From positions 8,435-72,434 of the IMG/VR virus record IMGVR_UViG_3300047160_001842: a stretch of DNA of 64,000 nt; one strand, given 5' to 3'. The stretch is from a virus (lineage: Duplodnaviria > Caudoviricetes). The notes below the pieces were generated by a model. That model was not told the origin of the DNA. It saw only the letters and a program-made list of their open reading frames with translations, and did not search any database. The position numbers and the translations under genes were made by a program. The first letter of the stretch is position 1; every line of letters begins with the position of its first letter. This document shows, one piece after another, positions 15,179 through 25,014 of the stretch.

Positions 15179-16681
15179 ATGCCAGCATCCGCCCGCCAAC
15201 AAGACCCCAACGGCTTCCTCCTCGTCAAGGGGTGCCCCATTTCGTCTTACGGCGTCTTCGAATACTCAGCCGCGCAAGTCGGCCTGAAGGATGGCGACCC
15301 CAACCGCATTGTGAACGTGTATCGTCCTGAGTCGGCGATCACTGACCCGAATTTTCTGGCGAGTCTCGACAACATCCCTCTCATCAACGATCATGAGATG
15401 CTGTCCGGATTCCCCGGCGACGAGTCTGCCACCGCACCTGAAGAGTATGGCGTTGACGGAGTTCTGTATGGCGTCCAATACTCTCAGCCGTGGGTCAAGG
15501 GCGACCTGAAGATGTTCTCTCGCTCGATGCAAGAGGAGCTGGACAGCGGCAAGAAAGACCTTTCCCTTGGCTACACGTGCGACTTTGTGCTGAGTGATGG
15601 GACGTTCAACGGAACGCCCTATGAAGTCATCCAAACGGACATGCGAGGGAACCATATAGCGCTGGTCGCAGCTGGCCGCGTCCCAGGCGCGCGAGTCCTC
15701 GATAGCCGACTTTCGAGCAAGACGGTACGCTGCTACGATCACCTAGATTTTCATCCACCAACGAAGGAAAGCCAAATGGCAAAACGTAAGGCCATGGATG
15801 GCGATGCGGTCGCCAATCTCCGCGCCCAGCTCAAGGCTCTACTGCCGGCCTTTGAGCAGTTCCTGAACGAGGAAGCTGCCGAACCGGCCCACGCCGATCC
15901 TGCTGCAGCCGCTGCGGCCACCCCGGCTGCTGCCGCCGAGTCTGCCGATCCGACCGCTGCTGCACCCGCCGCTCCTGTCGCCGATCCGGCTGCTGCAGCC
16001 GCTCCGGCTGAAGCTGCGGCACAACCCGCTGCGGCACAACCCGCTGCGGCTGGCGCTCCCGATGCAAGCGCGCTTCTGGCGCAGCTCCAAGAAATCTGCA
16101 ATCAGCTCAAAGCCCTCACGGGTGGCGAAGGTGGTGGCGGTGAAGAAGGTGCAGGTGGCGACCCCACTGCCGCGCCGAACCCTGAATCAACCAACAGCGA
16201 GGGCGATCAAATGCCGGAAGCAAATCAACCGGGCGCAGAAACGCCCAGCGAAGATGCTGTGCAAGGTCTTGCAGAAGACCCCAACAGCCACAAACTCAAC
16301 GTGGACAGCGCCGAGTCCGGCGCGACCGGCGAACAAGGCCAGGCATCGCCCGGTCCCGCCGCTGGTAAGCACACCGGCCAAGACGCTGCCCTGCGCGCCG
16401 TCTACGCCGACACCGCTGCCAAGAACAAGCTCTATGACCGCCTGTCCAAGGTGGTTGGCGCTTTCGACGCGGCGCTGGACATCCCCACGGCAACCGCCGC
16501 AGATGTCGCCTCGTATGGCCTCAAGAAGTTGAACCTCAAGGCTGCGAAGGGCCAAGAGTTCACCGTGCTGGATTCGTACCTGCGTGGTGTCGAGTCCGCA
16601 CGTTCCGCCCCCGTGCAGCGCGCCGTCGCGGCTGATGCCGCAGCCGAAGTGCCTGCCATCGCTGCCTATTTCAAGGAGTAA
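15179..16681 (+). CDS. prohead protease/scaffold (DUF2213 family)
   Basis: PLINDH, LSLGYTC, GNHIALV..GR motifs; long Ala/Pro/Glu-rich C-terminal part. Confidence 0.9.
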   Translation: MPASARQQDPNGFLLVKGCPISSYGVFEYSAAQVGLKDGDPNRIVNVYRPESAITDPNFLASLDNIPLINDHEMLSGFPGDESATAPEEYGVDGVLYGVQYSQPWVKGDLKMFSRSMQEELDSGKKDLSLGYTCDFVLSDGTFNGTPYEVIQTDMRGNHIALVAAGRVPGARVLDSRLSSKTVRCYDHLDFHPPTKESQMAKRKAMDGDAVANLRAQLKALLPAFEQFLNEEAAEPAHADPAAAAAATPAAAAESADPTAAAPAAPVADPAAAAAPAEAAAQPAAAQPAAAGAPDASALLAQLQEICNQLKALTGGEGGGGEEGAGGDPTAAPNPESTNSEGDQMPEANQPGAETPSEDAVQGLAEDPNSHKLNVDSAESGATGEQGQASPGPAAGKHTGQDAALRAVYADTAAKNKLYDRLSKVVGAFDAALDIPTATAADVASYGLKKLNLKAAKGQEFTVLDSYLRGVESARSAPVQRAVAADAAAEVPAIAAYFKE

Positions 16682-16687
16682 TCAACC

Positions 16688-17311
16688 ATGGGACTGCAAC
16701 AAACCGTCCAACGTGCCTACACCGGTGGCTTCGCAGGCCAACTGGTGGCGGATGGCCCGCGCCGCGCCAAGCCTGCGCGCATCAGCTCCGCTACCATCGG
16801 TGCGGATGCGAACCACTCCACCAACCACATGAGCCGTGCATTCGGCTGGAGTGGTGAGATTCCGTCCGGCGCTGCCGGTCAGGCTCCGGTGGGGGTGGGC
16901 TACGTCGCAACCGTCGCAGTCGGCACCGGCCCCTTCTTCGGCATCCTCGGCCAGCCCACCAGCTACGCCCTCCAAGGCTCGGCAGGCAACTCGCTCGCTC
17001 CGACGATGGACCTGGCCATCGGCACCGTGGGCGAATTCTTCGACATGGCCACCGGCCTGATGGTCGAACTCTTCAACGACACGACCGCTGCGAAGGCTTC
17101 GGCTTTCGGCGATCAGGTCGCCTACTGCTCGGCTGCAGGCGATGCGAACGGCGTGCCGCTGGGCGGTCTGATCGGCGTGGCGGCAGGCGCTGCTGCTCCG
17201 GCAGGCTACACGCTCATCCCGAACGCGCGCATCATGCGTCCGCTGTCGGTCCCTGCATCTGCGGCTGGTGCGGCTGTGTTCGCGCTGACCGTCATTCAAC
17301 TCACCGAATAA
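16688..17311 (+). CDS. head decoration/cement protein
   Basis: Sits between scaffold and MCP; MGLQQTV...G.AG...DGP.RA start. Confidence 0.7.
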   Translation: MGLQQTVQRAYTGGFAGQLVADGPRRAKPARISSATIGADANHSTNHMSRAFGWSGEIPSGAAGQAPVGVGYVATVAVGTGPFFGILGQPTSYALQGSAGNSLAPTMDLAIGTVGEFFDMATGLMVELFNDTTAAKASAFGDQVAYCSAAGDANGVPLGGLIGVAAGAAAPAGYTLIPNARIMRPLSVPASAAGAAVFALTVIQLTE

Positions 17312-17327
17312 GAGGAGCGGTTAGATC

Positions 17328-18488
17328 ATGCTGCAACTTTCTCGCACCCGCTCCAGCCTCAGTGGCCGCAAAATCGCACGCGGTCCTCTGGCGATGGACG
17401 CGAAGGACATCACCGCCGCAGCGGTGAACGAACTCGCCAGCAAGTTCGGTATCGTCTTCGATCACTCGATCGTTGCCGACCAAATCCGACTGCTCGGCGC
17501 CACCAACGGAGACAACAGCGGTCGCGCGATGGACGCGGTTGCGTTCGTGGCTCCGGTCACGACCGGCTCCATCCCCACGCCGGTGCAGTTCCTCCAGCAG
17601 TGGCTCCCTGGCTTCATCAAGGTGATGACGTCCGCTCGCAAGATCGACGACATCATTGGCGTGAAGACCGTGGGCGGCTGGGAAGACGAGGAAATCGTCC
17701 AGGGCATCGTGGAACCTGCCGCGACGGCCACCGAGTATGGGGACATGACCAACATCCCGCTCGCCAACTGGAACACCAACTTCATCAAGCGGACCATCGT
17801 TCGCGGTGAGCTGGGCATGCAAGTCGGCCTGCTGGAAGAAGGTCGCAGCGCAGCGATGCGCCTGTCGAGTGCCGAAACGAAGCGCCAAGGCGCGGCTGTC
17901 GGCCTCGAAATCTTCCGCAACGCCATCGGCTTCTATGGCTGGAACGCTGGCAACAACCAGACCTACGGTTTCCTGAACGACCCCAACCTGCCGGCGTACA
18001 TCGCCAGCTCGGTGGCGGGCGGCTGGAACTCGGCTGCTGGTACGTTCCAAGGCATCACCGGCGACCTCCGGATGATGATCGTTCAGCTGCGCACGCAGTC
18101 GCAAGACCAGATCGACCCCGAAAAGGTCGAGATGACCCTGGCGCTGCCGACCGACCGCGTGGACTACCTGTCGGTAACGACCGACTATGGTGTGAGCGTC
18201 CGCGACTGGCTCACGCAAACCTACCCGAAGGTGCGCGTGGTGTCTGCTCCGGAACTCATCAACGCCAACGCTGGCGCGCACGTTGCCTACCTCTTTGCAG
18301 AGGAGATCGACAGTGCCGTGGACGGCAGCACGGACGGCGGCGAAACCTTCGCCCAGCTGATCCAGACGAAGTTCACCACCCTGGGTGTTGAGAAGCGCGC
18401 CAAGTCGTATGTCGAGGACTACTCGAATGCGTCTGCAGGCGCACTTTGCAAGCGTCCTTGGGCAGTTGTCCGCGTCACGGGCATCTGA
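17328..18488 (+). CDS. major capsid protein (DUF2184 family)
   Basis: [15 protein letters not shown]...[10 protein letters not shown] motifs; followed by a terminator. Confidence 0.9.
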   Translation: MLQLSRTRSSLSGRKIARGPLAMDAKDITAAAVNELASKFGIVFDHSIVADQIRLLGATNGDNSGRAMDAVAFVAPVTTGSIPTPVQFLQQWLPGFIKVMTSARKIDDIIGVKTVGGWEDEEIVQGIVEPAATATEYGDMTNIPLANWNTNFIKRTIVRGELGMQVGLLEEGRSAAMRLSSAETKRQGAAVGLEIFRNAIGFYGWNAGNNQTYGFLNDPNLPAYIASSVAGGWNSAAGTFQGITGDLRMMIVQLRTQSQDQIDPEKVEMTLALPTDRVDYLSVTTDYGVSVRDWLTQTYPKVRVVSAPELINANAGAHVAYLFAEEIDSAVDGSTDGGETFAQLIQTKFTTLGVEKRAKSYVEDYSNASAGALCKRPWAVVRVTGI

Positions 18489-18511
18489 GCTTCGGCCGCT
18501 CTAGAGTGTGG

Positions 18512-18540
18512 ACGGGAGGCCAGGTGCGCCTCCCGTTTTC
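18512..18540 (+). terminator. intrinsic terminator after the MCP
   Basis: ACGGGAGGC/GCCTCCCGT stem followed by TTTT. Confidence 0.8.
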
Positions 18541-18546
18541 ACAGGG

Positions 18547-18570
18547 AGACACTTGGACATAGGGTAACAT
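18547..18570 (+). promoter_or_regulatory. putative late promoter AGACAC-N12-TAACAT
   Basis: Immediately after the MCP terminator; same spacing as 9983 and 15145. Confidence 0.5.
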
Positions 18571-18653
18571 TCCTCTTGTACGCGCGAATATCCGCATGTA
18601 TCGAGGGCGAAGGCTTCAGGGGCCAACGCCACGTAAACCACAAGGACTGAACC

Positions 18654-19115
18654 ATGACCAAGTATGTTCTCTCAACGATGACCAATTCGGTGTCGTATCG
18701 CAACTATCGGTTTGTCGGCGACCGCAACGCCACGCAGAATCAGGCGCTGTTGCCGATCCCCACGGACACCGTGGTGATTCGCGGCGGCGCAAACCGCCCC
18801 AGCCAAAAGGGCGGATTCGGTGAACAGGCAAACGATCTGAACGGCAATGTGCTGTGGACGCCGCGCGGCGTGATCACCGTGCTCACCGATGAAGAGTATG
18901 ACCGCGTCAAGGACCACTGGCTGTTCCAAAAGCATATGGCAGGCGGATATCTGGAGGTTGTGAACGAGGATGTTCACGGCAACCACAAGAAGGTCGCCAA
19001 GATCGCCGCCGCGATGGAAGGGCAAGACCCCGGCGCACAGTTGACCAAGGATACGCTCGCACAGCGCATCAAGGTCAAGACCCCCGACAAAGAAATCAGC
19101 GTTGAAGGCTACTAA
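18654..19115 (+). CDS. conserved post-capsid virion-module protein
   Basis: Position and RBS; function not recognised. Confidence 0.6.
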   Translation: MTKYVLSTMTNSVSYRNYRFVGDRNATQNQALLPIPTDTVVIRGGANRPSQKGGFGEQANDLNGNVLWTPRGVITVLTDEEYDRVKDHWLFQKHMAGGYLEVVNEDVHGNHKKVAKIAAAMEGQDPGAQLTKDTLAQRIKVKTPDKEISVEGY

Positions 19116-19117
19116 GA

Positions 19118-19570
19118 ATGCCTGCTTACAACGACGCAAACTTCAGGCTGCTCTTTCCGGCCTTCGCCGATGCGACGAAGTGGCCGGAGCCGTTGTTGTC
19201 CGGGTACTGGGACATGGGTACGGAGTTCATCAGCGTGAATGACTGCCCGTGTCGCATCCTTTCTGGCGCGTCCTTGCAGATGGCGCTGGACTTGATGTGT
19301 GCGCAAATCGCGACGCTAATGAACCCGAATGCCGCAGATGCAGGCGGCGCGGCAACTGGCAGCGGCATCGTTACCAACGCCTCGGTCGGTGCAGTGTCCG
19401 TTGGCGTGATGGCGCCGCCGGTGAAAGATATGTGGGAGTACTGGCTGGGTCAGACCCCATATGGACAACAGTTGCTTGCACTTCTGAAGATGAAGGGCGT
19501 GGGCGGCTTCTACGTTGGCGGTCTGCCGGAGCGTTCGGCTTTCCGTAAGGTCGGTGGAGTGTTCTACTGA
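19118..19570 (+). CDS. head-tail adaptor (DUF4054-like)
   Basis: FRLLFPAF...SVGAVSV...QTPYGQQLLALL. Confidence 0.8.
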   Translation: MPAYNDANFRLLFPAFADATKWPEPLLSGYWDMGTEFISVNDCPCRILSGASLQMALDLMCAQIATLMNPNAADAGGAATGSGIVTNASVGAVSVGVMAPPVKDMWEYWLGQTPYGQQLLALLKMKGVGGFYVGGLPERSAFRKVGGVFY

Positions 19571-19953
19571 TGCTCATTCCAGGCGCAAACCTGCTGAATC
19601 TCGCGCATCGCCTCATCTCGTGGCAGAAGGTCAAATACTTCGTCACGACTGGGCGGACTCTCAACGCGGCAAAGCAGTGGGTTGCGACCTATGACGCTGG
19701 TAAGGACATCAGCTGCTCCATCCAGGCCATCAATCGCAGCACATACGTCGCGATGGGCCTGGACTTCAATGTCCTCGCAGTAAACATCTTTGCGCCTCTC
19801 AACTTGATCGACCTCCAGCGCGACTCCAGCGGCGATCAATTCGAGTACAACGGCGACCGCTACAAGATGGCAAACGGACAGAATTGGTTTGAGCAAGACG
19901 GGTGGGCGACTTGTATGGCGGTCAGGATCGGCCCTGTGGTTGCTGCGCCATGA
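19570..19953 (+). CDS. head closure/neck protein
   Basis: Synteny and size. Confidence 0.6.
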   Translation: MLIPGANLLNLAHRLISWQKVKYFVTTGRTLNAAKQWVATYDAGKDISCSIQAINRSTYVAMGLDFNVLAVNIFAPLNLIDLQRDSSGDQFEYNGDRYKMANGQNWFEQDGWATCMAVRIGPVVAAP

Positions 19954-20519
19954 AGGACAACGACCTGATCGCCCTCTTTTCGTCTCAGCTTGAGGCCGCG
20001 CTTGCCATGGCCGGGTGGAGCTACACCGTCATCCAGAGCCAACAACCGACGCAACAGGGCATGCCCAGCGCGCCATTCGTCTTCTTTGAGAAGCTGTTTG
20101 ATCATGAGTATGGCTGGCCGATGTCGTCTGGCTATACGCTCAATTCCGTTGCACCTCCTGGGATGGCTTTGCCGGACTTCCAACAGGCAGAAAAGCAGTG
20201 GGTGGAATCGACGTTCCAAGTGTCCGCAATGGTCATCCAAGACCCTGTTGACTTGTCGATTCCGACGCCATCGGATGTGTGTCACTATCTGAAGCAATAC
20301 CTCAACGCGCGGCAAACGATCTATGCATTCAGCCGCGCGGGCGCTCCGATTCTCCGCATCACCGACATCCGCAATCCGAAGTTCACCGATGACCGGATGT
20401 TGATTGAAGCGAACCCGAATTTTGACGTTGTGCTTCAACACCTCCGCATCATGGACTTTTCTGTTCCAGGGTCGGACATTGTCGTTGGTGACGTCTACGG
20501 CATATCGGAAGGGGTCTAA
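19950..20519 (+). CDS. tail terminator/collar protein
   Basis: Synteny; ATGA overlap at 19950. Confidence 0.55.
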   Translation: MKDNDLIALFSSQLEAALAMAGWSYTVIQSQQPTQQGMPSAPFVFFEKLFDHEYGWPMSSGYTLNSVAPPGMALPDFQQAEKQWVESTFQVSAMVIQDPVDLSIPTPSDVCHYLKQYLNARQTIYAFSRAGAPILRITDIRNPKFTDDRMLIEANPNFDVVLQHLRIMDFSVPGSDIVVGDVYGISEGV

Positions 20520-20520
20520 T

Positions 20521-21027
20521 ATGGCGGCAAAACCATGGGGCCACTCGGAGATCATCAAAGAGCAGGTCAAGAAGCTAAAGGCCATGAAAGGCTACAGCGT
20601 ATCTGCTGGTTGGTTCGAAACCGCACGCTATCAAGCCGCGAAAGGCGTGCCGCAGCAGATGGTTGGTGTTCCAATTGCCACCATTGCGAAGATCAACGAG
20701 TACGGAGCCTCGATCCAGCGCGGCAAGACGAAGGTGATCATTCCGGCCCGCCCGTTCATGCGTCTGGCTGCGCAGAGCGTCAAAAAGAAGGGGCCTGACG
20801 TCACCCGTAAGCTCGCCAGGAAGATTGTGGACGGCAAGATCGACATCAAGCAAGCCCTCGCACAGCTCGGCATGTTTATGGAAGGTGAGATTGTGAACAG
20901 CATCAAGAATGGTGGCTGGGTGCGTAACGCGCCGTCAACCATCAAGAAAAAGGGTTTCGACAAGCCTCTGATCGACACCGCCCAGATGTGGCAGAGCGTC
21001 TCATCGAAAGTTTCCGAACCAAAGTAA
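20521..21027 (+). CDS. neck protein (HK97 gp10-like)
   Basis: INEYG...IPARPFMR...NAPSTIKKKGFDKPLIDT. Confidence 0.8.
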   Translation: MAAKPWGHSEIIKEQVKKLKAMKGYSVSAGWFETARYQAAKGVPQQMVGVPIATIAKINEYGASIQRGKTKVIIPARPFMRLAAQSVKKKGPDVTRKLARKIVDGKIDIKQALAQLGMFMEGEIVNSIKNGGWVRNAPSTIKKKGFDKPLIDTAQMWQSVSSKVSEPK

Positions 21028-21042
21028 ACCAGGAGTATCCAA

Positions 21043-22563
21043 GTGATCAGCCAAAGTCGTTATATCAAGATCATTTCTGGTGTTGGTGCCGGGGCAGTCG
21101 TCGCGCAGCGGCAACTGATCATGCGCGTCATCACCCAGAACGCAACCCTGCCGCCCGGTCTGGTTGCGGAATTCGCCAATGCAGAAGCAGTCGGCGCGTA
21201 CTTCGGCACCTCTTCGGAGGAGTACAAGCGCGCGGTCGCATACTTCTCGTTCATCAGCAAGTCGATCACCTCGCCACCGCGCATCTCGTTCTCGCGCTGG
21301 GTGAGCGCAGCGATTGCGCCGATGATCGTTGGCGACTCCATCGAAAAGCAGTTGTCCACCTTCACGCCTATCACGGCTGGCACTCTGCGCCTCCTCAGCG
21401 GCTCTACGACTGTGGACCTCGGACCTCTGGACTTCAGCGGTGCCGTTGACCTCGCAGCCGTCGCGGCTGTCGTCCAAACCGCTGCGCAAGCGTCCGGGAA
21501 CGCCCAGCTGGCCACAGCTACGGTGACGTTCAACACGAACACCAACCAGTTTGTCCTGACCGGCTCCACGCCGGGGGCGGGCACCCTCCACGCGGTCGTC
21601 TCCGGCCTGCCTACGGATGTGTCCGACGAGCTTGGCTGGACCACGGGCGGCACGGTCAACGTACCGGGCCAAGGCGCTGATACGCCGGCAGATGCTGTGG
21701 GCAAGTCCACGGACATCAGCAACAACTTCGGCTCGTTTGTCTACGCAACGCCGTCCACGCCGCTGACCAACAGCCAGATCGTTGATATTGCCGCGTGGAC
21801 CGACCTGCAGAACAACTTGTTCATGTATTCGCTCGCGACTCCGCTGGCGAATCTGCAGACGCTCTATGCGCTCATCAAGGGCTACAGCGGCGTGGGCATC
21901 AACATCCTGTCCGCCACGCAGGCCAACGACTTCATCGAGCAGTCGCCTTGCGAAATCCTCGCGGCCACGGACTACGATGCGCCGAACGCTTCGCAGAACT
22001 ACATGTTCTATCAGTTCCCGAAGCGGAACACCACCGTGAGCGACGACAACACGGCAGACACCGTGGACGCATCGCGCGGCAACTACATCGGCGTCACGCA
22101 GTCCGCTGGCCAGCAAATCGCGTTCTACCAACGCGGAGTGCTCTGCGGCGGTTCCCAAGCCGCTGTGGACATGAACACGTTCGCGAACGAGATGTGGCTG
22201 AAGTCGGCCTTCACCACGGCCTTCTTCCGTCTGTTCCTGAACGTGCCTGAAGTGCCTGCCGATCCGGTCGGCGAAGCAATGCTGCTCGGCGTCATGAACC
22301 CGGTCATCACGCAAGCGAAGCTGAACGGAGTCATCTCCGCCGGCAAGACAATCGACGCGGTGCAGCAGCAGTACATCAGCCAAATCTCGGGCGACCCCCA
22401 AGCATGGCGGCAAGTCCAGACTCTGGGCTACTGGTTGAACATCTCGTTCTCCAGCCGCACAAACCCGGATAACGGCCTGACGGAGTGGGTGGCCAAGTAT
22501 CAGTTCATCTACTCGAAGTCTGACGCGATCCGCGCCGTCATTGGCTCGGATGTGATGATCTAA
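21043..22563 (+). CDS. contractile tail sheath (DUF3383 family)
   Basis: 506 aa; YFGTSSEEYKRA..YFSF; followed by tube gene. Confidence 0.9.
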   Translation: MISQSRYIKIISGVGAGAVVAQRQLIMRVITQNATLPPGLVAEFANAEAVGAYFGTSSEEYKRAVAYFSFISKSITSPPRISFSRWVSAAIAPMIVGDSIEKQLSTFTPITAGTLRLLSGSTTVDLGPLDFSGAVDLAAVAAVVQTAAQASGNAQLATATVTFNTNTNQFVLTGSTPGAGTLHAVVSGLPTDVSDELGWTTGGTVNVPGQGADTPADAVGKSTDISNNFGSFVYATPSTPLTNSQIVDIAAWTDLQNNLFMYSLATPLANLQTLYALIKGYSGVGINILSATQANDFIEQSPCEILAATDYDAPNASQNYMFYQFPKRNTTVSDDNTADTVDASRGNYIGVTQSAGQQIAFYQRGVLCGGSQAAVDMNTFANEMWLKSAFTTAFFRLFLNVPEVPADPVGEAMLLGVMNPVITQAKLNGVISAGKTIDAVQQQYISQISGDPQAWRQVQTLGYWLNISFSSRTNPDNGLTEWVAKYQFIYSKSDAIRAVIGSDVMI

Positions 22564-22585
22564 GCACAGGAAAGAGAGAAGCAAA

Positions 22586-23053
22586 ATGGAAGAAATCAGC
22601 GTATTTGGCCTGACGGCAAATATCGTCGCGTCCAACACCTTCCCCAACGGGTTTGTGGTGACGGCGTTTGCCGATGACGGCGACCCTCTCGACAGCTCTG
22701 ATCTGGAAGTCGCCGACACGGCCATGGGTCCGAACGGCGACGGCCTGACCTGGAGTCGCCCGATGATGGTGGACTGCGCGGTCAACGTCATCCCGCAATC
22801 GCAGGACGACTTGAACCTGCAAGCCCTCGTGGACGCAAACCGCGTGGCCAAGGGGAAGTCCTCGGCGCGCGACATCATCGGCATCGTGTGGCGCTATCCC
22901 AACGGCACCACCGTTACGTTGTCCAGCGGCAAGCTGGTCAGCGGCCCGGTTGTTCCCTCGGGTACGTCCGCTGGCCGGATGAAGTCGAAGCGTTACATGT
23001 TCCGCTTTGAGCAAGTCTCGCGACAAACCTCCTCCGCAGTCGTGGCTGGTTGA
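22586..23053 (+). CDS. tail tube protein
   Basis: ASNTFPNGF.VTAFADD.DP pattern; position after the sheath. Confidence 0.8.
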   Translation: MEEISVFGLTANIVASNTFPNGFVVTAFADDGDPLDSSDLEVADTAMGPNGDGLTWSRPMMVDCAVNVIPQSQDDLNLQALVDANRVAKGKSSARDIIGIVWRYPNGTTVTLSSGKLVSGPVVPSGTSAGRMKSKRYMFRFEQVSRQTSSAVVAG

Positions 23054-23376
23054 TGCTGCTTATCCCGCTGGTACAGGTTCCGAATCAGACGTTGTCGTTT
23101 AATGCCGACAACGTCCTTTGGACCGTGCATGTATATCAGGCCGCGAAATTTGTTTGCGCTGATATCTCTATCAACGGGACGGCAGTGTTCAATGGCGTTC
23201 GATGCTTCGCCGGGACCAAGCTCTTGCAGTACGGGTACATGACGGCCCCGAGCCTCGGCAACTTCCTCTTTGACGAGGATGCCGACTGGACAAACTTTGG
23301 AGCATCCTGCAATCTGTACTACCTGAGCCCCGGCGAGATGTCGCAATTCGAAGCCGCAATGAGGAATTGGCATTAA
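23050..23376 (+). CDS. small baseplate (plug-like) protein
   Basis: IPL..VPNQTLS start typical of myovirus baseplate plug proteins. Confidence 0.6.
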   Translation: MMLLIPLVQVPNQTLSFNADNVLWTVHVYQAAKFVCADISINGTAVFNGVRCFAGTKLLQYGYMTAPSLGNFLFDEDADWTNFGASCNLYYLSPGEMSQFEAAMRNWH

Positions 23377-23738
23377 TGGCCACGTTGACGATCCAAGCTG
23401 ACGAGAACAACGACATTGCGCTGGAAGACGGTCGCAACATCTCGTTCATCAGCGGCTCGGATGCGTGCGCCCAGAACCTCCTCGAAAAGTCGCTCATGCG
23501 GCTGGGTGAGAACGCCTACGACACAACGGATGGCGTTGACTACTTCGGCACCATCTTTGCGCCGCAACCCAACTTCGATGACGCGCGACAGTCCATCATC
23601 AAGAACCTTCTTGAGTGTCCCGACGTCATCAGCATCCGGTCGCTGACGATCAACGTCACCGGAGATGTTTTCACATACGTCGCGCAGATCAATACGATCT
23701 ACGGACCAGTCAATGTCAACAACTCAGTGAGTGCCTAA
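23376..23738 (+). CDS. baseplate wedge/sheath initiator (gp25-like)
   Basis: Q.L...LGE..YD...GVDY pattern. Confidence 0.7.
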   Translation: MATLTIQADENNDIALEDGRNISFISGSDACAQNLLEKSLMRLGENAYDTTDGVDYFGTIFAPQPNFDDARQSIIKNLLECPDVISIRSLTINVTGDVFTYVAQINTIYGPVNVNNSVSA

Positions 23739-23740
23739 TC

Positions 23741-23965
23741 ATGCCGCTGCACGCTACCCAAATCGGACCCGGAACCGTTCTGTTCACGGCAAAGAAGTCT
23801 CCGCCGCCTCCGTCCACGGTCGTTACCACGACTCCTCCTGCGCCGCCGCGAGGGCAACTGCCCGCTGCAGTCGTTCAGTTCGCCACACAGACGCTCGCGG
23901 CTGAACCGGTCGCTGCTGGCGAACCGCCGCCGCCTGTGGTCCAGAACGCCATCGTATTGGGCTAA
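23741..23965 (+). CDS. small proline-rich hypothetical protein
   Basis: ATG at 23741, 74 aa, fills the gap in the operon. Confidence 0.45.
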   Translation: MPLHATQIGPGTVLFTAKKSPPPPSTVVTTTPPAPPRGQLPAAVVQFATQTLAAEPVAAGEPPPPVVQNAIVLG

Positions 23966-23971
23966 GTCGCG

Positions 23972-24472
23972 ATGATCGATATCAGCACTGCGGGAAGTGG
24001 GATAACCATTTTCTCGCTCAATAGCTTCCCGGTTGGGTTCCAACTGCGCTCGTTCGCGGACGATCAAGAAGCGCTCGATATCGAGGACACCGAAGTGGCC
24101 GGTTACGAACGCCTCTATGATGGAAACATCTTTGCGTTCGATAAGACCTCTCCAATTCTGCTGTCGGTCGGCGTCATCCCGAACACATCAGACGACATCA
24201 ACCTGAAGATCATTCTTCAGAAGCGCAAAAGCAACAACACGCAACTCGCGCTTCTGGATACGGTCACGATGGTCATCGGCTACGCTGACGGTGGCCGCGT
24301 GGTGTTGTCTGAGGGAACGATCCTTGGCGGCTCAATTGCGGACAGCCTCACTTCGAACGGCCGCAAGAAGTCCAACCGCTACCACTTTGCATTCGGTTCG
24401 TTTGACGGATTCCAGAGCTTCAAGCAGTTTGCTGCGAATGTGGTGGAGACGGGCCTGAGCCTGTTGCTGTAA
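23972..24472 (+). CDS. tube-like baseplate/tube initiator protein
   Basis: Paralogue-like similarity to the tube (SFPVGFQLRSFADD vs TFPNGFVVTAFADD). Confidence 0.65.
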   Translation: MIDISTAGSGITIFSLNSFPVGFQLRSFADDQEALDIEDTEVAGYERLYDGNIFAFDKTSPILLSVGVIPNTSDDINLKIILQKRKSNNTQLALLDTVTMVIGYADGGRVVLSEGTILGGSIADSLTSNGRKKSNRYHFAFGSFDGFQSFKQFAANVVETGLSLLL

Positions 24473-25014
24473 TGGCAGATAGCATTCTCTCAAGCGTTCT
24501 CTCTAAGCAGTCTTTCTCTCTCAAGAGCGACAAGACCGGACAGGACGCAGCTGAGAATCTGAAGGTGATCGCCGTCAACTTCCACTATCGCGCTCGCCCC
24601 ATGCGGCATATGCGCGAAGACGGCACCAGCATCGTTGACTCGAAAGTCGTTGATCCGGCCCTCGTTGAGATCGACGCGATCTGCCCGACACTAGACTCCA
24701 TCAACAAGATCAACACCGCGCTGATGGACCGGACGAGCACCTACACGGTCACGTCCAAGGGCATCCAACTTCGCGATGTGTCCAACGAGCACTTCGAGTT
24801 GCGGCAGACTCCGGATATGCTGTCTGCCAGCCCGATTCGCATCACGCTCAAGCAGCTGCTGCGCCAAGGCGGAGTCGCAAGCGGAGTGGTTGTTGAGCAG
24901 CCGGCAGACTCCTCGATGTTCTCGCGCGGAATTCAGTCGGTGGCCGCTGTGACGACTCCGGTGGACAATGCGTTCTCACGGGTGATCGGAACCTCTTTGC
25001 CGCCATTGCAGTAA
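24472..25014 (+). CDS. baseplate/tail hub-associated protein
   Basis: Synteny; similar to the next gene. Confidence 0.5.
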   Translation: MADSILSSVLSKQSFSLKSDKTGQDAAENLKVIAVNFHYRARPMRHMREDGTSIVDSKVVDPALVEIDAICPTLDSINKINTALMDRTSTYTVTSKGIQLRDVSNEHFELRQTPDMLSASPIRITLKQLLRQGGVASGVVVEQPADSSMFSRGIQSVAAVTTPVDNAFSRVIGTSLPPLQ

